From a virus (lineage: Duplodnaviria > Caudoviricetes): 64,000 nt of DNA. A program made the position numbers and the translations under genes. Location of the stretch: positions 1 through 64,000 of the IMG/VR virus record IMGVR_UViG_3300032232_001415; one strand, 5' to 3'. The notes under the pieces are model-generated. The model was not told the DNA's origin, ran no database searches, and worked only from the letters and a program-made list of their open reading frames with translations. This document shows positions 8,138-17,140 of this stretch, piece after piece (the first letter of the stretch is position 1; the number at the start of each line of letters is the position of its first letter).

Positions 8138-8685
8138 AAATGTCTATCAAAACAAATAAGATAAACTATAATAAGTTTGCATTTTTAAAAAATACAAATA
8201 TCTTTGAACAAATCAATCAAAGAATTAAGTCAGGTCAAAAAGGGTCCACAGTTATAGTTCCTCATGTATGTAACAATGTTAATGCTTTTGGTGCAGGATT
8301 TGCTGGTGAAGTTTCAACATTATATCCAACAGTTAAAGCAAACTTTCATATGTTAGGGTCAAAATCAAAACTAGGACATACTCAGTTTGTTAACGTTGCG
8401 ACAGAAGAGAAATATAAACATAGTATAATATTTGCAAATATGATAGCTCAAAATAAACTTCTTAGTCATGATAATAAACGACCACTTAACTATGGCGCTT
8501 TAGTATATTGTATGAATCAAGTTAGAACCCATATTAAAGATCTAGAATCGAATACCGAAATGTCTAGAATTGAAATTCACGCACCTAAGTTTGGTAGCGG
8601 ACTGGCTGGAGGACATTGGAACTTTATAGCAGATTTAATTGATGATATATGGTATGATATACCAGTATTTATCTACACATTATGA
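8116..8685 (+). CDS. Macrodomain protein (Poa1p/TARG1/DarG-like)
   Basis: IVPHVCNNVNAFGAGFA, ANMIAQ, IHAPKFGSGLAGGHW. True start may be the ATG at 8140. Confidence 0.8.
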   Translation: MVKNIEVKMSIKTNKINYNKFAFLKNTNIFEQINQRIKSGQKGSTVIVPHVCNNVNAFGAGFAGEVSTLYPTVKANFHMLGSKSKLGHTQFVNVATEEKYKHSIIFANMIAQNKLLSHDNKRPLNYGALVYCMNQVRTHIKDLESNTEMSRIEIHAPKFGSGLAGGHWNFIADLIDDIWYDIPVFIYTL

Positions 8686-8695
8686 AAGTATAAAA

Positions 8696-8833
8696 ATGTA
8701 TTATGTATATTGGCTATGTATTTTTATTGGAATTTATAATGCTTATCTAAAAATTTCTTACACAAGACGTTTTGGAAATGGTTATCCAGAAAGAGACAAT
8801 CTTGTAGACTTTCTTTTAAATAATTCAAAATAA
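8696..8833 (+). CDS. Small membrane peptide
   Basis: MYYVYWLCIFIGIYNAYL hydrophobic stretch; fills the gap between neighbouring genes. Confidence 0.4.
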   Translation: MYYVYWLCIFIGIYNAYLKISYTRRFGNGYPERDNLVDFLLNNSK

Positions 8834-9363
8834 TGAATAGACTATATAATCAAAGAGTTTATCTTGCTGGTGCTATGGACAGAGTACCAGATAGAGGCAC
8901 AGGATGGAGAGACGATATAACTCCTTTCTTGGAACAACTAGGAATTGTTGTATTCAATCCTATTAAAAAACCAACATGTATTGGTCTTGAAGATACATCA
9001 ACACACGAACTAAAACAACAATTAAAAATAAATGAAAAATATGATGAATTATCAAAAATAGCGAAAACTATTAGATCTGTTGATCTTAGATTGGTAGATA
9101 TTAGTGATTTCTTAATAGTCAATCTAGATCTAAATATCCATCCTTGCGGAACATATGAAGAAATTTTTTGGGCTAATAGACAGAAAAAACCAATCTTAAT
9201 ACATATGATGCAAGGCAAAAAGAATACTCCTGACTGGTTATTTGGAACAATTCCTCATGATATGATTTTTTCATCGTGGGATGAAATTAAAAACTATTTA
9301 ATAGATATAAATAATAATAGCAGTATTGATTGTCATAGGAGATGGTATTTTTTTAATATCTAG
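8833..9363 (+). CDS. Nucleoside 2-deoxyribosyltransferase/Rcl-like protein
   Basis: VYLAGAM, VFNP, DLRLVDISD and GTYEEIFWA (catalytic Glu). Confidence 0.8.
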   Translation: MNRLYNQRVYLAGAMDRVPDRGTGWRDDITPFLEQLGIVVFNPIKKPTCIGLEDTSTHELKQQLKINEKYDELSKIAKTIRSVDLRLVDISDFLIVNLDLNIHPCGTYEEIFWANRQKKPILIHMMQGKKNTPDWLFGTIPHDMIFSSWDEIKNYLIDINNNSSIDCHRRWYFFNI

Positions 9364-9365
9364 AT

Positions 9366-9566
9366 ATGGCAAAATATTATGTAAAGTCCGGTCAGCTTAA
9401 ATTTATTATTGATTGTACTTCTCATGAATGTGCCATATTAGCAGCCTTGCGTCACTACAAGGGTAGAGGTATAATGACTGGGCCTAAAATCTGTGTTAGT
9501 GAAACTGGATTTGAGGATTTTAAAAAATGGAAATGTTACGATACCGATAAATACTTAAGAGATTAA
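9366..9566 (+). CDS. Hypothetical protein
   Basis: Packed ORF. Confidence 0.6.
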   Translation: MAKYYVKSGQLKFIIDCTSHECAILAALRHYKGRGIMTGPKICVSETGFEDFKKWKCYDTDKYLRD

Positions 9567-9568
9567 TT

Positions 9569-10018
9569 ATGTCAGAAACTAAAAAAAATAAAATTGATTA
9601 TTTTCAATCTAAAAAAATTATTATTAATAACTCTGAAATACATTTTCGTGGAGTTTTTGCTACAGAAGATATAGAGTCAGAAGAACTAATAGAAAGATGT
9701 CCTATGGTTCCATTAGCGTTTAGATCCAGATACCAGTCTGATCCACAAATTTGGGATTATCTATATTCTCAAAAAACATGCGAATGTAATGAATGCAAAA
9801 AACATGGATTTTTATTTTATATGGTTCTAGGTTATGGAATGATATATAATCATCAAGATACCCCAAACACAAAATGGCATTTTGATTATAATAATCTTGT
9901 TGCTGATGTTATATCTCAGCGTAAGATACTAAAGGGTGAAGAAATTTTCGTGTCATATGGAACTAACTACTTTAAAGATAGAGAAAAAATAGATATAGAT
10001 TATGCAAAAAATAATTAA
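9569..10018 (+). CDS. SET-domain protein lysine methyltransferase
   Basis: RGVFATEDI, YNHQDTPN and GEEIFVSYG SET motifs. Confidence 0.85.
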   Translation: MSETKKNKIDYFQSKKIIINNSEIHFRGVFATEDIESEELIERCPMVPLAFRSRYQSDPQIWDYLYSQKTCECNECKKHGFLFYMVLGYGMIYNHQDTPNTKWHFDYNNLVADVISQRKILKGEEIFVSYGTNYFKDREKIDIDYAKNN

Positions 10019-11123
10019 TGAAATAAAGCTTGATTTTGATGATGTTCTTATTCGCCCTAAAAGATCAACTCTTAATAGCAGATCTGAAGTGTGTCTTAGT
10101 AGAAATTTTTCTTTTAAGTATTCGCCAAGAGACTTATTATCTGTTCCTATTATGGTAGCTAATATGGATACTGTTGGGACGTTTAATATGGCTAAATCTT
10201 TATCCAAACACCAAGCGATAACATGTTTACATAAGCACTATAAACCAAATGAATATGTTGCTTTCTACACAGATCCAAGCATTGTAAATAAACACTTAGT
10301 TTTTTATTCTGTTGGAACAGGACAGAAGGATTTAGAAAAATTAACAGAAGTGTTTAATCAGATAAGAAAATTTAATTGTCCATTACCAAATATTTGTATT
10401 GATGTTGCCAATGGTTATACAGAACAATTTGTAAAAATAATAAGTAATATTCGCAAATTATATGAAGAAATTATAATTATGGCCGGTAATGTTGTAACTC
10501 CAGAAATGACAGAGGAATTAATAATTCATGGTAAAATTGATATAGTCAAGGTTGGTATAGGGTCAGGAAGTGTGTGTACCACTCGTTTAAAAACAGGTGT
10601 TGGATATCCTCAATTGAGTGCTGTGATGGAATGCTCAGATGCCGCACATGGTCTTGGGGGTCATATTTGTTCTGACGGAGGATGTAAAGTAGTCGGAGAT
10701 ATTTGTAAAGCATTTGGCGGCAATACAGATTTTGTGATGTTGGGTAGTATGCTTGCTGGTACTTGTGAATGTGAAGGAGAATGGAAGTATGAATATCTTA
10801 CATCTCAAGGATTTTGGCAACCATTAGATCCAGAATATGATTTTGATTGTGAAAAAAGGAAAATATCACTTCAATATTATGGTATGAGTAGTAAAAATGC
10901 TATGGATAAACACCATAACGGAGTAGCAAAATATCGAACATCTGAGGGGAAATGCGTTACTGTTCCATACAAGGGTAAAGCTGAAGAAATTATCCAAGAT
11001 ATTTATGGTGGAATAAGAAGTGCATGTACTTATATTGGAGCTAATAAAATAAAAGATTTTGGGAAAAAAACAACCTTTATACAAGTAAATAATACTCATA
11101 ATAAAATATATGAAAAAAATTAA
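10002..11123 (+). CDS. guaC: GMP reductase
   Basis: KLDFDDVLIRPKRSTLNSRSEV, ANMDTVG, CIDVANGY, KVGIGSGSVCTTR, YYGMSS, SACTYIGA. Confidence 0.92.
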   Translation: MQKIINEIKLDFDDVLIRPKRSTLNSRSEVCLSRNFSFKYSPRDLLSVPIMVANMDTVGTFNMAKSLSKHQAITCLHKHYKPNEYVAFYTDPSIVNKHLVFYSVGTGQKDLEKLTEVFNQIRKFNCPLPNICIDVANGYTEQFVKIISNIRKLYEEIIIMAGNVVTPEMTEELIIHGKIDIVKVGIGSGSVCTTRLKTGVGYPQLSAVMECSDAAHGLGGHICSDGGCKVVGDICKAFGGNTDFVMLGSMLAGTCECEGEWKYEYLTSQGFWQPLDPEYDFDCEKRKISLQYYGMSSKNAMDKHHNGVAKYRTSEGKCVTVPYKGKAEEIIQDIYGGIRSACTYIGANKIKDFGKKTTFIQVNNTHNKIYEKN

Positions 11124-12180
11124 TCTATACGCCCCTATTTGTGGAACAGGATATGGAGTTGCATCTATCAATATACTCAAAGAACTTGATAAGATCGTAG
11201 ATGTTTCTCTATTTCCAATAAGCCATCCAAGCTTAGAGAATTCAGAAGATGTATCTATAGTAAAAAAAACAATAAATAACCAAGACTTTTTTTATTACAA
11301 TGCACCTTGTTTAAAAATTTGGCATCAATTCGATCTTGCTTCAAGAATTGGTAAAGGCAAATATTACGCATATCCTTTTTTTGAATTAACAAAATTTACA
11401 GATAAAGAAAAACATAATTTAAAATTTCCAGATGAATTATTTGTATCATCACTATGGGCAAAAAATATAATACATTCTAATGGTATTGATAGTCAGACAC
11501 ATATTGTGCCACTTGGTGTTGATACCAATATTTTTAATTATGAAAAATATAAAGAAAATAATAAATTATCTGATAAAGTGATTTTTGCAACCATAGGAAA
11601 ATGGGAAAAACGTAAATCTCATGATTTAATATTGGAATTATTTGATAAAGCATTTGATATCAACGATAATGTTGAACTATGGATGGTAACAAGTAATCCA
11701 TTTTTAAATGAGAAACAACACAATGAATGGCTATCAATGGTAGATAATTGTAAATTAAGACAAAAAATTCGTGTTTTTCCTAGAATAGCAAATCAATATG
11801 AATTAGCTGAATTAATTAGTCATATTACTTGTGGTATTTATATATCAAGATCAGAAGGATGGAATCTTGATTTACTTGAAACCATGGCAATGGGAAAGCC
11901 AGTAATAGTAACAAATTATTCTGCACATACAGAATTTTGTAATGAAAATAATTCTATGCTTATAAATATAGATTCTTTAGAAGACGCTAATGACAATTGT
12001 TGGTTCAATGGATTTGGTCAGTGGGCAAAAATAGAAAATAATCAAAAAGAACAAATTATATATTATATGAGAAAAATTTATCAAAATGAAAATAAACCAA
12101 ATATTGAAGGTATCAAAACGGCTAATCATTTTTCCTGGAAAAATACTGTTGACCAAATTTTAAGGTGTATGAGTACATAA
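11110..12180 (+). CDS. GT4 glycosyltransferase
   Basis: TGYG, IGKWEKRK and SRSEGWNLDLLETMAMGKPVI (EX7E). Confidence 0.85.
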   Translation: MKKINLYAPICGTGYGVASINILKELDKIVDVSLFPISHPSLENSEDVSIVKKTINNQDFFYYNAPCLKIWHQFDLASRIGKGKYYAYPFFELTKFTDKEKHNLKFPDELFVSSLWAKNIIHSNGIDSQTHIVPLGVDTNIFNYEKYKENNKLSDKVIFATIGKWEKRKSHDLILELFDKAFDINDNVELWMVTSNPFLNEKQHNEWLSMVDNCKLRQKIRVFPRIANQYELAELISHITCGIYISRSEGWNLDLLETMAMGKPVIVTNYSAHTEFCNENNSMLINIDSLEDANDNCWFNGFGQWAKIENNQKEQIIYYMRKIYQNENKPNIEGIKTANHFSWKNTVDQILRCMST

Positions 12181-12190
12181 GGAGTCTCAT

Positions 12191-12733
12191 ATGCCAATAC
12201 CTAATAAAAAATCAAACGAAGATAAACAAAAATTTGTTTCTAGATGCATGGGCAATGAAACAATGAAAAAAGACTACCCCGATGTAAAACAAAGAGTTGC
12301 TATTTGTTTAGGTCAAACAAGAAAAAAGGGTCAGTCTTCTCTTTTGGAAGAAGTTCATGATAATTTACTAGCATCAAATTGTAGTTGGGATGATGATTGG
12401 AATGAATTCATATGGGAGATCGATGCTACTTTTATCTATGATGAAAATGAAAAAATTATAGCAGAAGAAAAAAATGGTAAAAAAGTAAAATTAAATAAAC
12501 CCACAAGAACTCCTAATGGTCCAAAAAAATTTAGTGTTTATGTCAAAAATGATAAGGGCAATATTGTTAAAGTAAATTTTGGTGATCCGAATATGGAAAT
12601 CAAAAGAGACGATCCTGAAAGAAGAAAATCTTATAGAGCCAGACATAATTGTGATAATCCTGGTCCTAAATGGAAAGCAAATTACTGGAGTTGCAAAATG
12701 TGGTCAACACCAAACGTATCAGATCTAACTTAG
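12191..12733 (+). CDS. Modular basic phage protein (possible head/internal protein)
   Basis: N-terminal FVSRCM...YPD..QRVAIC module and C-terminal KVNFGDP...RRKSYRARHNC...ANYWSC module. Confidence 0.55.
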   Translation: MPIPNKKSNEDKQKFVSRCMGNETMKKDYPDVKQRVAICLGQTRKKGQSSLLEEVHDNLLASNCSWDDDWNEFIWEIDATFIYDENEKIIAEEKNGKKVKLNKPTRTPNGPKKFSVYVKNDKGNIVKVNFGDPNMEIKRDDPERRKSYRARHNCDNPGPKWKANYWSCKMWSTPNVSDLT

Positions 12734-12742
12734 GAGAATATA

Positions 12743-13300
12743 ATGAGTAATAATAAGTCTATAAATGATTTGCTGGAAAAACAAAACCAAATCTATATAG
12801 CTGAATCTGATACACAGGCTCAAGAAGTTTCTGGTTATACTTCTGATAGTGTAATTGAATTGCTAAAAAAATCTCTCAATATTCATTGGCAGCAAACAAC
12901 ATCATTAACTGCGCAAGCAGAGCATCTTGAAAGATGGGGTTATAAAAAATTAGCAGAAATTATTAAAACAGATTCTAGACAAGAGCAAGAACATGCTTCT
13001 ATTAACATTAAAAGACTTGAATTTTTTGATGCCGATTATCAACCATTGATAGTAAGTCCTCCCTCTTGGAAAAGGCATGATATGATTGCTATGATTGAAT
13101 ATAATCTTAATTCAGTTAGAGAAGCATCTGCTACCGAAAGAGCAACAATTATTGCTGCTAGATCAGTTGGAGATGAAATAACAGCTAATATGATGATTCC
13201 ATTACTACAAGGTAGTGAAGACGGTATCGAATTATATGAAGGATATTTAAAGCTTATTGAGCAAATGGGTCTTGATAATTTTTTAAGCATCCAAGTGTGA
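12743..13300 (+). CDS. Bacterioferritin-like protein with degenerate ferroxidase centre
   Basis: ERWGYKKLA, EQEHA, RLEFF, GDEITA and IEQMGLDNFLS parallel Bfr; most metal ligands appear substituted. Confidence 0.75.
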   Translation: MSNNKSINDLLEKQNQIYIAESDTQAQEVSGYTSDSVIELLKKSLNIHWQQTTSLTAQAEHLERWGYKKLAEIIKTDSRQEQEHASINIKRLEFFDADYQPLIVSPPSWKRHDMIAMIEYNLNSVREASATERATIIAARSVGDEITANMMIPLLQGSEDGIELYEGYLKLIEQMGLDNFLSIQV

Positions 13301-13304
13301 AAGA

Positions 13305-13958
13305 ATGATAAACAATAAATTATTATTTCAAATTAATTCAGTAATAAATACTACTAATATAGATAATATTAAATATACTACTGAGATAGTAGAAGATCAA
13401 AAAATTTCACAGGTAATTGATTTTGACTACAAATCTATACTAGATAGCCCTACCAAAAATAGTAGCATTTCTACATTAGAAGAATTAATCTATATATCCA
13501 AAATCACTCATAATAGGACAGATAAAGATATCGAATTTGTTAATAAAATAGATAAAAATCCAGCAACTCTAGTTATAGATTTTTGTAAAAACAAAAATAT
13601 TATTTTCCCAAAAACTGATTTTGATGATTTATATACCATTATTAAACCTCTTATACTTAATACTAAATATTATTTTAATAGAGCAAGACCATATCAATTA
13701 GCTAAATTTTATGGACTAACAATCAATATTGTAGAAACAGATACTCATCAAACTCCGTCCTATCCGTCTGGACATACGGTGTATGCTAGATTAGCAGCAA
13801 ACTTTATATTAAAATCTAATCCAGAATTCAAATATGAATTAGATCAAATTGTAGATAAGAGTGCTTATGCTAGAGTTTTACAAGGTGTACATTATCCATC
13901 AGATAATAAAGCGTCAATAATCTTCACGGACTATATTTTTAAAAAAATAATGAGGTAA
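13305..13958 (+). CDS. PAP2/acid phosphatase family protein
   Basis: KYYFNRARP, PSYPSGH, ARVLQGVHYPSD. Confidence 0.88.
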   Translation: MINNKLLFQINSVINTTNIDNIKYTTEIVEDQKISQVIDFDYKSILDSPTKNSSISTLEELIYISKITHNRTDKDIEFVNKIDKNPATLVIDFCKNKNIIFPKTDFDDLYTIIKPLILNTKYYFNRARPYQLAKFYGLTINIVETDTHQTPSYPSGHTVYARLAANFILKSNPEFKYELDQIVDKSAYARVLQGVHYPSDNKASIIFTDYIFKKIMR

Positions 13959-13963
13959 ACAAA

Positions 13964-14671
13964 ATGGATCGTATACATAATTTATTAAACAGTATTCAAG
14001 AATCTTTAGCACAAAAAATACAAAACGAAACGAAGCACACTATAGATAATTCAGTTGCTGCATGTAAACTAAAAGCTGGAGATAAAATTAAAAATATTAA
14101 TAATGCTTGTACTCACTATGGAAGCGAAGGCATAATAGATAAAATAGAAGCGATGCCAGAAAATATGGGTTATATTATCGGATATGTAACCACCAATGCT
14201 GGACCATCATGGACAGTTGGTCAATATTTAAAAAAGACAGAAGATCAATTAGCAATAATGGATCCTTTTGATAATTATGAACTAGCAGAAGAACTAGAAG
14301 AACCAGAAAATGAACTAGATGAATATAAAGAAGATTTTTTTGAAATGAGTGTCGGATCCTTGAGAGCCATTGCACAACACTCAAAAAATATACTCGATGC
14401 TCTTGACAAGCCATTAGTAAAAGAAAATTTGACAGAAAGTTGGCTGCAGGGTAAAATCGCAATAACTGAGGACTACATGAGAACAATTCACGATTTTGTC
14501 ATGTATGTATCAGATTCTGACGATACTATATCTGCTGGAGACAAGCCAGGGCTATGGGATAATATTCGCAAAAAGAAAGAAAAAGAAGGAAAAAATTATC
14601 GCCCATCTAAGCCAGGAGAGAAAGACAGACCATCACCAGAAATGTGGAAAAAATTGACTAAAGATAAGTAG
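13964..14671 (+). CDS. Modular hypothetical phage protein
   Basis: SH3-like segment, WLQGKIAITEDY helix and KPGLWDNIRKKK basic module. Confidence 0.6.
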   Translation: MDRIHNLLNSIQESLAQKIQNETKHTIDNSVAACKLKAGDKIKNINNACTHYGSEGIIDKIEAMPENMGYIIGYVTTNAGPSWTVGQYLKKTEDQLAIMDPFDNYELAEELEEPENELDEYKEDFFEMSVGSLRAIAQHSKNILDALDKPLVKENLTESWLQGKIAITEDYMRTIHDFVMYVSDSDDTISAGDKPGLWDNIRKKKEKEGKNYRPSKPGEKDRPSPEMWKKLTKDK

Positions 14672-14688
14672 TTAATAATTTTAAATCT

Positions 14689-14723
14689 TAAGAACTAAGA
14701 ACCAATAAATAAGGACTAAGGAA
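14689..14723 (+). repeat. In-phase heptamer repeats upstream of the sigma factor gene
   Basis: TAAGAAC TAAGAAC CAATAAA TAAGGAC TAAGGAA, then TTATA-ATG. Confidence 0.6.
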
Positions 14724-14728
14724 TTATA

Positions 14729-15313
14729 ATGGATAAAGAATATGACGATATGCTCACTTATATTACTCTTGCAAAAAAGATAATATCTAAATTTGCTCCA
14801 AATTTTTATTCTTCATTAAGAAATGAGCTTTTATCAAATGAAGATGCAATAGCAGATATAGCGTCCTCACTAATGTTCGCAGATTGGAGATGGGACGAAA
14901 ATAGAAAAGGATTTAATGGTAAATCAAAAACAAAATATTCTTACAGGAATCAATGTGGAATATGGGCTATAAAAACATATCTTTCCAATAAGTATAAAAA
15001 AAGTAATCAATCATACTCAATTGATAATACAGACATAAATAATACAATGTCTTTTGCTGAAAATATACCCTGTTCTGATAGTTATGATCCTGCATTGATA
15101 ATAGAAGAAAAAGAACATCAAGAAAATTTAAAACAAACCATAGATATCCTATTCTCTTCATCAATAATATCAGATAAACAAAAAGAGCAAATTAAACAAT
15201 ATTATTTTGATGATAAAACATTATCAGAAATAGGTAAAAGTTTTGGAGTAACAAGAGAAGCAGTTAGACAAAACATTCAAAAGGGTTTGTCAAAAATTAG
15301 AGAATATGTTTAA
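14729..15313 (+). CDS. Phage RNA polymerase sigma70-family factor
   Basis: Region-4 HTH KTLSEIGKSFGVTREAVRQ; region-2-like ADWRWDENRKG..KYSY. Confidence 0.8.
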   Translation: MDKEYDDMLTYITLAKKIISKFAPNFYSSLRNELLSNEDAIADIASSLMFADWRWDENRKGFNGKSKTKYSYRNQCGIWAIKTYLSNKYKKSNQSYSIDNTDINNTMSFAENIPCSDSYDPALIIEEKEHQENLKQTIDILFSSSIISDKQKEQIKQYYFDDKTLSEIGKSFGVTREAVRQNIQKGLSKIREYV

Positions 15314-15653
15314 TATATATATTTATATTTACTTATTTGATTTTTATTCATCTAAAGATTTTCAATATTTAATTTCATCTCATCCTAGTATTTTCAAACC
15401 ATTGATATATAAGCTCAATACTGAAGATGAGTTATTCAGTGATGCAATAAATAATCTATTAGACACATATACTTCAATCAAGCCTAATTCTATTAGACTA
15501 ATGAATATTGATATATCTAAAAATAAAGAAGATATAATAATTTATTATACTAGTAAAATCCCAGCTGGTACTAAAATGTTTAACTGCTATAATATAAGGT
15601 ATCAGAACTGCATGAATGATCCCATAGCCAGAAAAGCATTAAAATATGTTTAA
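15306..15653 (+). CDS. Hypothetical protein
   Basis: Overlapping-packed ORF. Confidence 0.5.
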   Translation: MFNIYIYIYLFDFYSSKDFQYLISSHPSIFKPLIYKLNTEDELFSDAINNLLDTYTSIKPNSIRLMNIDISKNKEDIIIYYTSKIPAGTKMFNCYNIRYQNCMNDPIARKALKYV

Positions 15654-16038
15654 ATTTCTTAAAAATTTTTACAAGAAAAAGCAAAATACAGAAAATGCTA
15701 ATTTTCTTTGTAGTGTAAATTTTCAACTAAATCATGATAACACACTTAATATAACTTATTTTTGGCCAGAATTCAATGAAACAAATGTTCATAAGATGGA
15801 CAAAATATCTAGTGAATTTGGTAATTTATTATACATGATCAATGGTGGTTATATGAGAAAAGATTGCATAGAAGTTCTTACTAAATTATTGGATGATGAT
15901 AAAAATGTTTATGATAGTACTTTTGTAAATTTATTATTAATTAAATGGTTAGATAATTTATCTTCAGAAATAAAAAATAATGATTACTATGAACAACCCT
16001 TAATTAAACCATCTAATGTGTTTAAACAATACAAATGA
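15646..16038 (+). CDS. Hypothetical protein
   Basis: Overlapping-packed ORF. Confidence 0.6.
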   Translation: MFKFLKNFYKKKQNTENANFLCSVNFQLNHDNTLNITYFWPEFNETNVHKMDKISSEFGNLLYMINGGYMRKDCIEVLTKLLDDDKNVYDSTFVNLLLIKWLDNLSSEIKNNDYYEQPLIKPSNVFKQYK

Positions 16039-16454
16039 AAAATGCATATCAAGAAGATTCGCTCATCATTTGGCAAAAATGGTTTGATCCTTTTGGATCT
16101 GATGACCATCAGCAGATAGAAAAAATTGATGATGAGATAGACGATGAGTCTGAAGATAAAGAATTCTATTCAGATGAATCAATTAGTAAGATTCCGATGA
16201 GGGCAATTGCTACTCCAATGGGCGTAATACCATATACAGAAAATACTGCATCTGGTAAAATATTTAATTTTTGGATTGGTCATACTAATTTTAATGTGTC
16301 TGAAGCTATAGCAACAATTATAGAAAATACTGATGGTGTAGAAATATTGGATATCTTTACAAGATACAGATTCAGAATAGCTATTGGGAAATCATTTGAT
16401 AGCTCAAAAGTCATGAAAGAAATAAATGATAATGTTTATCATTTCCTAGAATAG
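16035..16454 (+). CDS. Hypothetical protein
   Basis: Conserved-looking FWIGHTNF and GVEILDIFTRYRFRIAIGK; ATGA overlap. Confidence 0.65.
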   Translation: MKNAYQEDSLIIWQKWFDPFGSDDHQQIEKIDDEIDDESEDKEFYSDESISKIPMRAIATPMGVIPYTENTASGKIFNFWIGHTNFNVSEAIATIIENTDGVEILDIFTRYRFRIAIGKSFDSSKVMKEINDNVYHFLE

Positions 16455-16462
16455 GTAAAATA

Positions 16463-17140
16463 ATGGTATCTCATATAACTAATGATAGTGATATATATAA
16501 TCTTCATACATTTAATATAGATATTAAAAACAGAGAAATATTTTTACATTCTCATGTAGATGGTGAAGACGAAGGTGGTGTAGATTATAGATCAGCTATA
16601 TCTTTTGAAAAAAACATTAGATATCTCAACTTAATATCAAGTGATCCAATACTTATCCATATGCATCTTCCTGGCGGAGATTGGGAAGATTGTTTAGGTA
16701 TATATGATACTATTAAATATTCAAAAGCTAAAACAATTATATTAGCTTATTCAAAGGTTCAGTCTGCTAGTAGCATAATTTTCCAAGCATCAGATATGAG
16801 AATATTAATGCCTAATGTTAATATTTTAATACATTATGGATCTATTAGTATTGATGATGAACATAAAGCAGCAATTAGCAGTCTTCAATGGAGCGAAAAA
16901 GAATCTTCTAAAATGATCGACATCTTTGTAGATAAATGGATGACCTCTCCGATGTCAAAAGAAAAAAACTGGAAAAAACCATTTGTAAAAAAACATATCC
17001 AAAGTCAATTAGCTAATAAGACCGATTGGATCTTAACAGCTGAAGAATCAGTTCATTATGGATTCGCTGATGGTGTATTAGGTAGTAAACAGTTTCCAAA
17101 TGTTGAATATCTAAAATCACATAAAAAGATTAATAAATGA
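16463..17140 (+). CDS. clpP: ClpP-like protease
   Basis: REIFL, HLPGG, QSASS (Ser), LIHYG (His), DWILTAEESVHYGFAD (Asp). Confidence 0.85.
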   Translation: MVSHITNDSDIYNLHTFNIDIKNREIFLHSHVDGEDEGGVDYRSAISFEKNIRYLNLISSDPILIHMHLPGGDWEDCLGIYDTIKYSKAKTIILAYSKVQSASSIIFQASDMRILMPNVNILIHYGSISIDDEHKAAISSLQWSEKESSKMIDIFVDKWMTSPMSKEKNWKKPFVKKHIQSQLANKTDWILTAEESVHYGFADGVLGSKQFPNVEYLKSHKKINK

